From Chrysomallon squamiferum (Eukaryota; Animalia; Mollusca): a stretch of DNA of 64,000 nucleotides. The first letter of the stretch is position 1. Every line of letters begins with the position of its first letter. The position numbers and the translations under genes were made by a program. Under the pieces are notes generated by a model. It had not been told where the DNA came from. It saw nothing but the letters and a program-made list of their open reading frames with translations, and did not search any database. The DNA lies in NCBI GenBank assembly GCA_012295275.1, contig CM022666.1, positions 5,580,001-5,644,000 of the forward strand, given 5' to 3'. Below, in pieces: positions 44,633 through 59,318 of the stretch.

Positions 44633-46210
44633 TGTGCTGTATTCAGTGAATAAGTATTTAAATATTTCTGGTTTTCTATATAAATTGACTGATGAAAGTT
44701 AAATGTTCACTAATTAGCTTATAGATGAATAATACAAGATAAGTGGATGATCCAGTAAAAAAGGATTTTCTTTATACAGTATGTACTCATGCATTGAAAT
44801 GATCAGAGTAATAAATGTTTATATATACGTTACATTTAAAATTTGATGTACAATTTGCATAATAAAACAATCTATTTAAAGCATTTTTTTGTTTTATCAC
44901 AATAAAACTTTTCGTTTTAGAAGCATTTCAGAATAGCAAATATTATTATTATTAATTTTATTATGACTATCATCATCATCATCATCATTATTAATTTTAT
45001 TATGACTATCATAATTATCATTAACTTTATTACCACTATCATCTTCATCATTATAACTACTGCTATGTTATTACTATATAATCCTGATTACTAGTACTAT
45101 TCTTTCTACTACTCCTACTATTTATATTAGTGGTGCTGCTGCTACAACTACTAATTTATTAAATGTTTCATCATCATCATCATTATAATTAGTTTTGTTT
45201 GCTGCTGTCATTGTTGTTAAATAAAGACTGCAGTGATACCTCTGGTCACCTGTTCATAATTTTTATTACTTGGATAGTTACTTTAAATGTAGTACAGATG
45301 TCTTGTTCTGAATTTATCACTGTCTTTTCTTTTTTTGTCGTTTCTTTTTTTAATATCAATTAAAATTAATGAGAATATTTTTCAACTCACTTTTCACTTA
45401 TATACCAGTCAGTGACATGATTTGATTTTGATTTTATGAAGGATAATTTGTATACTTTATAGACAGTATGTTAAATATTGCTGTTATATAACCATGTTCA
45501 TATCACATACTTACATATATATATATACGTGCACACCCACACACACATATATCATTACTGAATTTTAATAGTTGTACAGTCGTCGTTGACGGTAACAATT
45601 TAAAAAGTCATCCGTTTATCTTTAAAAGTAATCCTACCCGAGCAGTGTTTGTAAACATTTGACTTCTAAGCGACGTATTTTGTTCGAAATGCACTGTCAA
45701 CGTGACATCAGCAGTTTCTGTCTGTGAAATATTTACTTATGTCCCAAGATATCTCATTTCTCTGTCTGCTTCATTCACGCTACTACTGTTCAGGGTTCGG
45801 CAACGTTTGGTCAGCCAACTGAACACTTGGACTCCAATTATTACATATCATTTAATCACATGGCCCTCGTCCAAAAACACCACAGCTGACTGGACACCCC
45901 CTCGACACTCGTCGTTCTCTGTGTGTGAAATGTGCATGTGAACATGGACTCCAATTATGTGCGTGTGCGTACGTGCGTGCGTTCGCGCGCGTTAATAGTA
46001 TGTGACTTATTTGTACTGTTTTAATTTTGTGTTTATTATTGTTGTTTTTGTTTGTTTTTTTAGTTTGTTTTCTTGTGTTTTTGGGTGGTTTTTTTTGTTA
46101 TTTTAATTATTAATTTTGTTTTCATGTTTGATTCTAAGCATGTCATCCTCACCATTAGGCTTTATTTTACTCACAGCCAATCAAAATGTGATTTGAAGTA
46201 CAACGCATCA

Positions 46211-46257
<47 letters not shown>

Positions 46258-47646
46258 ATTTATTATTTTACTTTTATTTTTTGAAAGAATGTTATTTATG
46301 TGTGTGTCTTTATCTTGGTATTAATAACATTTTTATCTTGTTTGACACAGACTGCATCTAAAGGAAAATGAAGTACTAAACTTGATAATCATCAGTTTTA
46401 TAAAAACATTAAATGGAAAAAAATGAAAGAAAAGAAAGGAAGTTTTATATTGAAATAGGTAAATTCGATATAAAAATATTAAATAATTAAGTTCATTACA
46501 AATGAAATTAAATTCAAAATTGATTATAGTAGACGAGTTTCAAACTAGTTATTAACATTCTTTTTAGAAACTGAGTGAAAGTCATAGAAAAGCTGAGAAA
46601 AGTGGTAAATTAACACAAACACAAGCACAAATTGGTTTTGACATATTGAAAAGTAAATTATAAAAGTGTTAAGTTTAAATGGAAGCAGAAGAGAAGAGAG
46701 AATCTGAACACCACATGCACGTGTGACGTCTGCGTGTCAACTGATCAACACAGCTGAGAGAAGCTTTAGCGCGTGACTGAATGAAAAACGGACTTAAACA
46801 CATGCATTTTACCCGTTTGTACTATTTATTTCGAGCAACTAACTATTACATTTTTATTTATATAATTTGTAAAAAAGAAAAGATCGTTAAAGCGGGATAT
46901 TTTTTTATTATATATTTATAATTTATCGAGGAACTGAGCGTAAAATGTGAAGAAGTTTATGGATGAATTGAGCGAACATCTGCCATAAACTTTATTTATT
47001 TATTTAATTATTTGTTTGTTTGTTTGTTTATTTTTATTAGTTTACTTTACTGTATTTCTTTTATTTCATTTCATTTTATTATTTTTTTCTGTTAATAAAT
47101 TTATTTATTTCACTTTACTTTTTATCACTTTTTTTATTTTAGGTATTTTACTTTATTTTTTTACTTTATTTATTTATTTATTTATTTATTCATTTATTTA
47201 ACTAAACAATTCATATTTCATAATTGTTTGTGTTTTAAACTGAATTTTTATTGTTCTATATTTTTCATTTTATAAAATAAAAGCTATTGCCTTGCAAATG
47301 AACCCACCTAGCTATACATAAAAATAATTTTTAAAAAGGTGTTCATTTTAATTTTCAACAACAGTAGCAATAACAACAAATTTATTTATCTATAATAATA
47401 ATAATGTATTCAAACTTTGTGAATCCGTTTATTAGTAATTCATTGACGTAACATCTATTTATAGCCCAGTTGAGTAATAAAATGAGTATTTATTACTTCT
47501 CGGAAATCTTCTTGGGAGGAAAAACCAAAGCCTAACATAGTGATAATATGCTGATATTCAAAAACACTGGCAAGTAGTCAAAGAATCCTATTGGAGTATC
47601 AAAAATATTTTAAATAATATGTATATGTATGTGTGTCTGGATATGG

Positions 47647-47698
<52 letters not shown>

Positions 47699-47816
47699 TT
47701 AACAAATTTAATTGAAAAAAATGTATAATCTCTATTTATACGGACCAAAATAACTAACTAGCAACAACAACAACAACAATATTAAATAAACGAATAAATT
47801 AGCAAATAAATAAATA

Positions 47817-47873
<57 letters not shown>

Positions 47874-48426
47874 AATAAATAAAAACATTAATATTATCAC
47901 GGTTTTAAGGGTAAGGTGGCGAATCTAAGCTGCTCAACTTCAACAGAGCAGAGTTGAGATAATAATAAACATTTTTATTTAATTTAACAATTTCTATATA
48001 TTTATAAAATGTAATGTATGTGTATATACAGTGTCACAGATTTTCAGGGAGTCAACAGCTCCAATGTAGGAAGCAACATTTTCTTTGTATCTTCGTACTA
48101 AAGAATAATATGCTAAAATTATCTGTGAATATTCAAAGCCTGACAAACATCAAAAAAATCCCTTCACTGGTAATATCTTTTAAACAAACGTAAGAACACA
48201 TGTATAATCTAATAAGAAAGAATATATGTCGATCACAACAATCACATAACGATTAATGCAGAAGAGCAAACAGATACATATCTACTTACACAGTGCGTTC
48301 AGTGGAAAGCGACCGTTCCACTCCAATTGTTCAACAGATTTTCCCTAACCAAAACAAATATCTCATTTATTTTATTTTGTTTTATTTTCGTTTTGTTTTT
48401 ATTCGATTTTACATTATTTCGCTCAT

Positions 48427-48457
<31 letters not shown>

Positions 48458-48991
48458 TTCGGCAGACTGAATCAACAGTCATGATACAAGTGACATTTAC
48501 AAACAGAAGAGTCTTCTGTCACAGGGAGATATTTCTGAGACATTTTATATACCTAGCTTACCTATAATAAATGGATGACTACACTTATTTATTCCGATTA
48601 CGTGTAAGATGACAAATTTGGGCTGGAACTTTCCACTGTGTGATACACAGACTACATGTTCTCCTTTTGTTGTTTATGGCTTAGTTGACACAGGAATAGA
48701 AATTACGCTGTACTCTTTATTCAACAATAACGACAAAAGCAGCCGTAACAACATCAACTACTACTACTACCACAACTACAACAACAACTGCTACTATTAT
48801 AGCGATAACAACTATAATATGTAGCTTTTTTATGAACAATACAAACACACAAAAAATACATATAATAACTTTTCTCATTTTATTTATAGTATATTAAATG
48901 GCTATAGGAAATCTGTAGTGAAGAATTAAATACGACAGAAGAAAGAAACATTAAGCAATAAATTTAAATAAAGCAGACGTCATTTCCTCTT

Positions 48992-49140
48992 AGCCAATCA
49001 AAAAATGATCGAGTGAGCTGGTAGAGAATAAGATAAGATCTTTTCAAAAGTCGCTGGTATAAAAATCAGCGAAGCCTGTCATAGAGCGTAGACGTGCTTC
49101 ACTCCATTGTGAACACAGAGTCAGCCTAATTTAGTTAAGT
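48992..49140 (+). promoter_or_regulatory. Promoter/exon-1 module of copy D (P4), donor mutated
   Basis: CCAAT 48994, TATAAAAA 49058, ttag|TTAAGT at 49134 (GT>TT relative to the three paralogs). Confidence 0.55.
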
Positions 49141-49230
49141 AAAAGTTTTACTTATTTCATAGGTTATATATATATATTTATATAAAATTATAATTTCACT
49201 TATTTCATAGGTTATATATATTTATATAAA

Positions 49231-50120
49231 TTATAAATTCAATTTGTTGTTTAGGATTTTTCCAAGCACTAATTTAATTTGTATAATATTAAGTGATATT
49301 ACATCAACTTGAAAAAACAAAACATCGCGGTAAGGTCGATAAGTAGAATCTAACACGTGCGTTGGCAGGTAAGAATAATAACAACCACAGAAAATACAGC
49401 ACTTATTTATTTGACTGGTATCTCGAAAATCTGCAAAATGCACGTGCAAGCCGTGCCACTGGCACCTTAATGTGACAGTACTATGGTTAAAAAGCAGGAA
49501 AACTGAGTTATCAGATTCACGTTGCGATCTATAAACAATAACGTTCACGGCAGTTTGAATTTCTGGCATTGAGATGAAACCAGCCCTGGACGTGATCTTT
49601 CGAGGACGATACAATATCAGCAAACAGAGCGGATATGTAGAATGAGGCCCTGGCAAGCTTTGACAGATTTTTTCTGCCTTTGCACTAAACCAACAACGCG
49701 AGGTTTTAGGAAAGGATAAAGAGAACATTAACTCTTTAATGTAAAAATGTTTACAGAAGTGTTACAAGAACCAGACAATCTACTACGAAGGTGATTAAAT
49801 GTGTTCTTCAAACTTTGACAGTACTTTAGTCAAGGCCTTTTCCTTCTTGCTTGTGAAATCTGATGTCCGCTGGTTTACGAGAACATCGAACTGTCCGCCA
49901 TTAAGCCCTACCCGAGTTCACCGAGTGCTGTTGTTCGTTTTTGAATTTTTCACAATAAAAACACATTTTAGTGATTTAATTAAATCATCAAAATCTATCG
50001 AGCGCGAACTGTTTTCTAACTTCTTGGAAAAATAAGATGATTTGGCGGTAGAAACTGCAAATAAGCCATCATCACCTTGGTTAGTCACCAGATCAAAATT
50101 CTTCCACTTGACTGGATATT
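49231..50120 (-). pseudogene. Relic R1, third copy, antisense within intron 1 of TNF ligand D
   Basis: 165-aa ORF homologous to the 12474 ORF; the upstream frame KYPVKWKNFDL...NSTR*TRV..KFEEHI* has stops. Confidence 0.4.
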
Positions 50121-50412
50121 TACTCCATTAATATGTACGTGTGTATATTGTGTGTGAATTTGTCTTGGTACCATTTATTATTTTATTTATTTATATAACC
50201 ATTGTTTGAAAGTTTTATATTTATGTGTATGTGCAAGTGTATATTTTTGGTTTGCTAAAATAATGTTTTATATAGGTGTGTGTGTATTGTGTCTGTGTAC
50301 GTGTGCGTGAGTGTGTATTTATCTTGGTATTATTTATTACTAATAACTTTTTTCCTTCTTTTGGTCATGTTTTACAGATTACTTCTAAAGGAAATAAAAG
50401 TTGTTACACAAA

Positions 50413-50673
50413 ATGGTACCAATTCGTCCAGTCATTGCCATTCCTCTTATGGTACTAAACTTGATACTCATCGGTTTCATTGTATCTGTAACATTAAACG
50501 AATTTCTGAACAGAGAAACCAACTTGTTGTTTGACAAGGAACTGTGTGTGAAAATCTCGTGCAAACCAGGAGAAAACTGTTGTGATGACAAATCTACGAA
50601 CAGAACCAGGAACAATACCACGTATTGCTGTTACAGAGATGGAGAAAAAGTGATCAGTGAAATTATGAAAATG
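50413..50673 (+). CDS. First coding exon (TM + Cys stalk) of TNF ligand D
   Basis: Acceptor tttacag at 50377, ATG 50413, donor aaaatg|gtgaat. Confidence 0.85.
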
Positions 50674-50807
50674 GTGAATTCTGTATTAAATTCTAAAAAC
50701 CAAATTCCAGAACTACATTAAACGAAAAAAAAAAAGGTTTTCTGTAGAAATTAAGAAAGAGCTACATTCTGCATAAAAATATTGAAAAGTTAAATTCATT
50801 AGAAATG

Positions 50808-50849
<42 letters not shown>

Positions 50850-52410
50850 ATATACGTTTAATAATATTTGAATTGAGAAAAGGAGAAATTAATAGTTCTG
50901 AAAAATATTTATAAATTTAAAACTGATTATTGTGGACTAGTATCAAATTTGTTATTCTTTTTAGAAACTGAGTGAAAGTCATACAAAAGCTGAGAAAAGT
51001 GGTAAGTTAATACCGACACAGATATACACACACAGACATACGTAAAAAGACAAAGTCGCAGAAACACAGACACATACACGAAAAGTTATAAACATATACA
51101 TACACAAACACAGACAGACAAACATACAGAAAAAGACCCACACACAAACAGAAACACTCAGGCTCACATATTTAGATATCCACAAAAGTTTTATAACTAT
51201 GTATTTGTATGTACGTGCATATTTGTGTACAGTCTATGTATGTAAACATGTACAAGTGTATATTTATATGTATGTGTGTGTGTGTGTATGAGTGAGTGTG
51301 TTTCAGAACCAAAACTTCAGCAGATCAGAGATGTCGCTGATCTTTTGAATTTAGATCAGAAAAACAATGTCTACGAATCTATGTATGTATGTATGAATCT
51401 ATATATTTATACATGTATCAATAGTCTACATGTGTCTGTATATATATATATATATATTTCAGAAGAGAAACTTAAACAGATCAGAGATGTCGCTTACAAT
51501 CTGAATAATAAAAACAGTGTGAAGACATCGGCTCATCTACAAATGGAAGTGAATGCAACATATGACAAAAGTAAGAAAACAAATAGTAATAGTTAAAACA
51601 TTAGTACTAGTAGTAGTACTAGTAGTAGTAGTAGTAGATTACAGTAATAGTAGTAATATAGTAGTAGTAGTAGTAGTAGAGTAGTAGTATTAGTAGCAGA
51701 GTAATTGTACTATGTTAAAAGAGGTGATTTGGTAATAAATGTGGTAGTAGTAAAATAAAAGTAATAGTAGTAGTTGGTCTGGTAAAAGTAGTTGTAGTAG
51801 TTATCACTTAGTTATTAGTAGTGGTTAGCAAATAATAGAAGACATTGTGATAACAATAGTATTAGCACGTTAGTAGTAAAAATATCAGTGATGGTACTAA
51901 AGTAGTCAACAGCAGGAGTTTGTAGTAGTTATAGAAATATATTAGTAATATTAACTACAACTGTTGACAATTTAAAATAAAAATATTATTTAAAAATAAT
52001 TTATTCTTGCAAACTTTTCAGACACACCGAAGCCTCTCATCAAATGGACGTCGTCTGGTAAAAGATCGTTTGTGAAAGGAGCTGCTGCTGTTGTCGCTGA
52101 TGGGATTCAAGTCAAACACGCTGCTTACTACTTCATATACAGCAACGTTTTATTCCATGCCAACCAAATCACAGAGCTTGAATACGCTAGGCTGTGTCAC
52201 TCAATTGAAATATATCCAAATTATGAAGTCCTCTACAGAAATCCTCAAACAGCATGCAAAGTACGAAAACACCAGGAAAGTTGTGTTGCTTCCTACATTG
52301 GAGCTGTTTACTACCTGAAAGCCAATGATACTGTAGTGGTGAGAATATCAAATGTGAACATAATTTTGAGAGATCCTGAGACAACCTACTTTGGCCTGTA
52401 CATGCTGTAA
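50413..52410 (+). CDS. TNF-superfamily ligand copy D, coding-complete; join(50413..50673,50965..51001,51463..51570,52022..52410), 264 aa
   Basis: Same exon sizes (261/37/108/389) and phases as copy B, GT-AG sites, open to TAA; extra Cys in the E-F loop (QESCVAS). Confidence 0.9.
52022..52410 (+). CDS. Terminal THD exon of TNF ligand D
   Basis: cttttcag acceptor; THD motifs; TAA stop. Confidence 0.92.
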
Positions 52411-55027
52411 AATTGGTTCGAGAGGCCTAAATTATAACTGTTAATATATAATTTTGAATGCTGTGAAAAACAAAAATATATATATCTGGGTTTTTTTGGG
52501 GTGTGTTTCTTTAGATTAATGTTTCTCAGAAGTAATAAATAAGATTGTTGAAGAACTGAGCTTTTCACACAGGCTGTAAATAGTTCGTCATAATCAACAC
52601 ACTAAGCGGACCGGATAGGAACATTGCTCATCTTTAAAAAAAAACATCATTTTTCATTAATCAACCATTTTTACTACAGAAAAAACATACGAGTAAGATC
52701 TGCCTTGGAGACAGGAACTTTTTTCTATCTCTGTTCGGTAAAAAGACATTTTCTATAAAAAATGTTGGAGTCGTGGTTTATTATTATCATTGATATCAAC
52801 ATGACTGGAATCGCTGCTGGCTTGAAAAACTTGATGTATTCAATATGAATATGTATCTATTTTCTACATACACATATTTATTTTTAAGACGTTTCTGAGA
52901 CTCTAATAACATTCTTTGGGCAGTTGCCAGTATTTTGAATAATAACATATTAACACTATATGGTTGGTTGGCTTGTTTCTAACTCCTTGAACTTGTCGAC
53001 CGAATTACTAATAGACGGATTTAGAAAGTATGAAGGCACTATTATTGATATAAATAAATAAATCTGTTGTTGTGGTTGTTGTTGTTATTCTTGTTGAAAA
53101 TGAATATGAACGCCGATACATTTTTTAATTTTTTAATTATTATTGTGAAGGTCTGTTCATTAACAAAGCAGTAACTAGTTCATGAACGTCATTAGCAAGA
53201 CAGTGCACCCATTCATAAGACTACTTTAAAAATATGTGTGTATGAGTGTGTGTTTCTTAAGATTAAGGTTTCTGAGAAATAAAAGGCAAACATATAATAA
53301 ATTAAAAACAATGTTAAAACATAAATAATTAAAAAAAAAATGATTAAATTTAAAGTAAAAAAAACTTTATAAGAGTATATGTGTGTGTGCGCACAGTATG
53401 ATAGTAAGAGACATATTTGTCGTAAGTGTCGTTTTTTATTTGTTTCTTCTGTTGTTGTTGTTGTCTGTATTATTGCAGCTGACCTCTGCTCTGAATAAGG
53501 TCATACAGTTAACTGCAAAGATCAACTAAACTGACATAAAAGTACGTACGTGTATAAAATGAATTTGTAGATGTTCCACAATGCACATTTACCCATTTTA
53601 ACTGATTTTATCCAATAAGTTGAATAACTTTACATATTAACATGTTCCATAGCGTCACTGACAGTGTCTGTTCTACGTGACAGCATAAAAACACTACACA
53701 CTCTTGCGCGTGTCCTAACTCTTGTTAATTCGCATGCGCATTTATTGAACAAAGCTAAAATTTATATCACGTGATGGCTCCCCTTTCGTCTCTTTGATAT
53801 AGTGACCTTGACATACTGATTGTTTACTGGAATAACCTGAATGTTATACTATTATAAACAAGTTCGTATGCGTTTTGGAAAGTCTTGGACATTTTTGGAA
53901 AATTATGTTAAAGCCGTAAATAAAATGTATGAAAAACTGGTTTGTTTCACTAATATTTAGTCTCGACCCAATGCCCTGTTTTAGCCAATATAGCGTAGCC
54001 AACCAAAATGGTTCCGTTTTCAGGCTGTCTCAGCAAACCCATAAGGAGTAGTATTTCGGGAATTTTAAAGTTATGGAAATAAGAAGAAAGAACCGCGTCT
54101 ACTTTTTGTGAAGCAATATTTCTGTAGTCATGTCCACTCCAAAAACAAAAGCTGTCCCAAAACTAATCCTACATCTGCAAGTATTTGTAAAGAGGCATGC
54201 GCGGAAAAGTGACAGGAAGTCAATAATTAACATAATTTATATATATAATCATGCATTTCATCAGACGTTGTTCTCTGCTTTTTAAATAAGAATTTTTTTA
54301 ATAATTTCACTTTTTATTATCTGTGAAGTGTCAAGAACGTTGTATTTACGTTTTTATGAGATGGAAATATCACCAACGTAGAATGAAATTCACACACTGC
54401 TGTCAAAAATACGTTATTTTTATACTACTCGTAGTTTATTTATATGATAACTGTCTCTTTTACTTTAACGACGTCAGTAAGTACATTTTTAATCAACCGT
54501 TATATGACCCCATAGTTATTGTTAAAGACCACATAGACATATACCGTAAGGTAAAACTCTACACCGCAAACAATGCAGGCAATTCTATTTTTGAATAATA
54601 CCGAGGACTATTTGATATATATATATATAATAAATATTGCTGGCTGTTTTGCGAAAGCAGAGTAGTCTGTATTGTTTTGAGGTGTAGCGTTTTGTCTTAC
54701 GATATAGATCTAACACTAAGACTGGAGATATTCAACGGTTGATTAAACAAGGATTCAGTGACGTCATTAAAGTAAAACACCACACCTTCCCACATATAGT
54801 GCTGAATACATTAGGTTACATAAATATATAACAATATCTGCACCTGTGTGTATGTGTGTGTGTGTACGTGTATCCATGTCTGTCTGCCTCTCTGTCTGTC
54901 TGTCTGTATATATAATTGCATAGTTTAATCTACTTAATATTGATGTATATAATAAATAAATATACAGTACGACAAAAATAACTTTTTAATAACTAAACGG
55001 AAAATAAATTATATTACAGTCATTTAC

Positions 55028-55107
55028 CTGGTTATCACACATCTTTTCTTCAAACGCTTGCTTCATAGGAAAAGTTTCGAAAACTAACAGCTGGATAGAG
55101 TTCTCTG
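55028..55107 (-). pseudogene. Exon-like 80-nt segment downstream of the TM exon (second copy ~26400-26478, donor lost)
   Basis: Minus strand tttcttttttcag|AG AAC TCT...AAC CAG|gtaaat; ENSIQLLVFETFPMKQAFEEKMCDNQ. Confidence 0.4.
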
Positions 55108-55356
55108 AAAAAAAGAAATAATAAGAAAAACAATAATGACAATGATGATGATGATGGTGAATACTCAGTATATATACGTGGAGCTACCAAGAAAATTCGA
55201 TTAAATGAAGTACAAATATTAAACGTATTTTAAAATATTGGTAATTATTTTTATTTTTCTCTCTTTCTCTGTCGATCGAGTCATTCCCCAGTTACGTTGG
55301 TTCTCAGTGTAATCTATGTAAATTGTCTCCCTTTATTTGTACTAGTGTATATGTAT

Positions 55357-55446
<90 letters not shown>

Positions 55447-55637
55447 TGTCTCTATTACGTACATTGTCTGCAGTTTTATAAGGAAAGTACAATTTATTAT
55501 TAAGAGTAACGATATAATTTACACATAAATTATCAGAGCATTCATCGTGAAGAAAACAGTAGTATATGATACCACTGCCCGGTCACAGCTCATTCTCTTT
55601 ATGTACATATAATAACTTGTGGTTAAACAACACTTAC

Positions 55638-55719
55638 ACATTCCACCAGCAGTAGATACCAATGCCTATAACTAACACAACTGTTCCTGAAACTATTCCA
55701 ATAGTTACGCAAAAAACCT
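55638..55719 (-). pseudogene. Isolated 82-nt transmembrane exon of a type I membrane protein (second copy ~27107-27188)
   Basis: Minus strand tatctcag|AG GTT TTT TGC...AAT GT|gtaagt; EVFCVTIGIVSGTVVLVIGIGIYCWWN; phase 1 to 2; intact splice sites. Confidence 0.55.
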
Positions 55720-55775
55720 CTGAGATAAACAATAACAATTCGTATAAAGAAATAAATAAATAAATCAATAAAAAA

Positions 55776-55854
<79 letters not shown>

Positions 55855-56027
55855 TTAATAGCTGTAATATTAATAATAATGTTGAATAAAAAATTAAAAA
55901 CTTTATATTTGCTGTGTTTGTTTTCCACATTGAAAACTTTTCGTATCTTTCTCGTACTCTTGGCTCTCTATCTCACACACACACACGGACACACATCGAA
56001 CAATGAATACCTTTCTTCGCCTTTTAC

Positions 56028-56058
<31 letters not shown>

Positions 56059-56247
56059 TTCAGTTATAGTGCACTAAATCAGCTGTAGAGTATTTATAAT
56101 TATAATCAATTCTGTTACAATTAATGGTATCTCTCTGAAATACTATTCAAGTTTTCCTGTTGAAAACTAACCTTTGTGTTCTGTTTGTGTTAAATAGTTT
56201 TCAGGTATTCTCGACTTTTGTATGTTTGAAAAGAAACAGAGAGAGAG

Positions 56248-56347
<100 letters not shown>

Positions 56348-57429
56348 TATTTGCATACATTATCACACACTCAGTATTTCTATAGTACAAACTCTGAATC
56401 TTCTTGACAGCTGATGATGAAGGTAACGATAACGTATTTAGAGAGAAAACTGAAAAACCTAAAAGTGTATGTGTTTATATATGTATACTAGTGGATATAA
56501 GTGCAGAAGTCTAGACAGAAAATATTAAGGAAGATAATTCTTTCGTACTTAAAGACCATTTTCTCAAATAATGATCCTTGTTGTTATTGTGATATCTTTG
56601 TCATCATTATTATTGATATTTTTAAGGATTTTACCGCTATTGTTGTTGCTATTATTATTGTTATTGTAATTATTATTGTTGATGAAATGTTTTCGCAGTT
56701 AATATTTTGTTCCAGTTTTATTTTTCATCCAGGTAGTCTAAACACTGTTTATCTCAAATGCTGTTGTCACTGTAGTTGTGTGTCTCCTTTTGCTAATTAC
56801 TATTATTACTATTATTACTATTATTATTATTATTATTATTATACTTATTATTATTATTATTTATGTATGTATGTATATATGTATGTGTTTAAGAGTATAT
56901 ATATGTTTCTGTCTGATATGTGTATCCATGTTTATATGTCCGTGTCTGTTAATACATGAGTATTAGTGTGAGCTTGTTGTGCATATATATATATATATAT
57001 ATATATACTAAGGACTCATACTCAAGGACCTTTATCTCAAACAGTGCTTTCTGTTGTTAATGTAACATCATTATTATAATTATTTTTACTGCGACTGTGT
57101 TGTTTTGTTATTTATAACTATTGTTATTGTAATTATTATTGTTGATGACATTTTTTGGCAGTTAATATTTTGTTTCAATTTTATTTTTCATCCAGGTATT
57201 CCAAACAATTGTTATCCCAAATGCTGTTGTCACTGTAGTTGTGTGTCTCCTTGTTTATGGAAGTGTACACGTGTCAGAGGTTGTGCTAACCAAGCAAAGT
57301 TTCAACAGGCTGAGTCTCCATTATGATATGGTAAGTGTGATCTGTGAGTTTATTTATTTATTTTTAAATACTTTTTTTTAATCCATATGTAACTGGAAAT
57401 GAAACAAAAGTTACAGAATGACGTATTTT

Positions 57430-58240
57430 GAGCATCCAGGATACAGTATTATTCCAGTACAGTACATACCATGTAATTTATATATCCAGGTAGGAATACA
57501 TTATTAAAGATTAATTGAGTACAGTTCTTATCTTGTAACTTATATTCCAGGGAAACAGTATTAAAGATTAATAGATTCCAGTACACACCAAGCATTTTAT
57601 ATATCAAGGGAGAAACTATTAAAGATTATATAACAGAGTATACAGTACATATCATGTAATTTATATTCCAGGCAAATGGTGTTAAAGATTAATAGATTCC
57701 AGTACACACAATGCATTTAACATATCCACGGTGAAACTATTAAAGATTATATAATAAAGAATACAGTACATACCATGGAATTTATATATCCAGGGAAACG
57801 GTATGAAAGATTAATAAACTACACGCCATATATATCCAGGGATTAAAGGTTAACAGAGTGCAGTACATACCATGTAATTTATATATCCAGGGATACAGAA
57901 CTAAAGATTATATAATAGAGTACAATACATACCATGTAATTTGTATATCCAATGATTTAGCATTACATTTTATTCCAGTAAATACAGAGATATCATTTAT
58001 ATATCCAAGAATATAATATTACAGATTCAGTATAGTAAATATTATGTATCCTGTGTATCATCCTATGGTGTAGAGTTTACTGGGTATATATTAGTGTGTA
58101 TATTAATAAAACCAGATTATTTTAGATAGCTTGTATTCTGTGTATCATTCTATGGTATAGAGTATAAATGAATACCTTAATGTGTATATCCAAGGATATA
58201 ATATTAAAGATTATTACAATACATTACATACCATGTAATT
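57430..58240. repeat. ~55-bp intronic minisatellite (also 4160-4420, 5330-5800, 29300-29560, 59780-60520)
   Basis: Unit cagtacataccatgtaatttatatatccagggatacagtattaaagattaatagagtg, degenerate. Confidence 0.85.
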
Positions 58241-59016
58241 TATCATTCGGTTTAAAATAAAACAATATTATGAAATACTAACTGTTCACTTCGCAAAAGA
58301 AATATTTAGTTCATTTGTGAAAAGTAAAAGTTCACAAATTCATTTTCTGTTAGAGTAGTTTTAAAGTTAAAATTAACAGATCACAGAATGTTTGTCCCTT
58401 TTTCTTATATTTGTTTAATTTTAAATTTTATTTGATATGAATTGTTTTATATTCACAGTGACATCAGATTCTCTGAGATATTATTTACACATGTATACAG
58501 AGATTTGCTTCCATAATCTATAAGATATAACTAGAATTTAGTTGTGTCATAACAGGACTTTTCACTGCATTAAAATAAAATAAAAATCTGAGTTCTTAAA
58601 AAAATAAAAAATAGACATGGATATTAGTAAAAGTAAATACTGTCTTTCACAATCACTGGTTCTGACCTGTCTTTGAGTCAAATCAAGGGGAGGTAAACCA
58701 GGCTGCCAAACAGCGAAAACGTCAAAGTGAAGAGAAATTCTGTGACAGCGTTCTGTGTGATATTCGGTTTGATGGTTGTGGTTGATATTTTGTTGTTTGC
58801 TCATCGGATGGCCAAGACAATCTCGTTCGCTAAGCTTCTCCTGTACGGGTACCTGAGTATGTGGATTATAAGGAAACAGGTAATCGATTATTTGTTTATG
58901 GACACTTCAGTGCATATTATTATTAGTAATTAATTAAAGGTATTTAATTGTTTATAAAAGCTGTAACACATTTATTATGTATGATTAGTAGGTGACAAAG
59001 ACATGTAGATACATTT

Positions 59017-59082
<66 letters not shown>

Positions 59083-59266
59083 GTAATAATAATGATAGTA
59101 ACAACAACAATAACAATAATATTAATAATTCTTTTTTTTTTGTATGTAGGAATATATGTGTGTGTCTAAGAGGATATATATGTTTCGGTCTGATATGTGT
59201 ATCCATGTTTATATGTCCGGGTCTGTTAATACATGAGTATTAGTGTGAGAATATTGTGCATATGTT

Positions 59267-59318
<52 letters not shown>

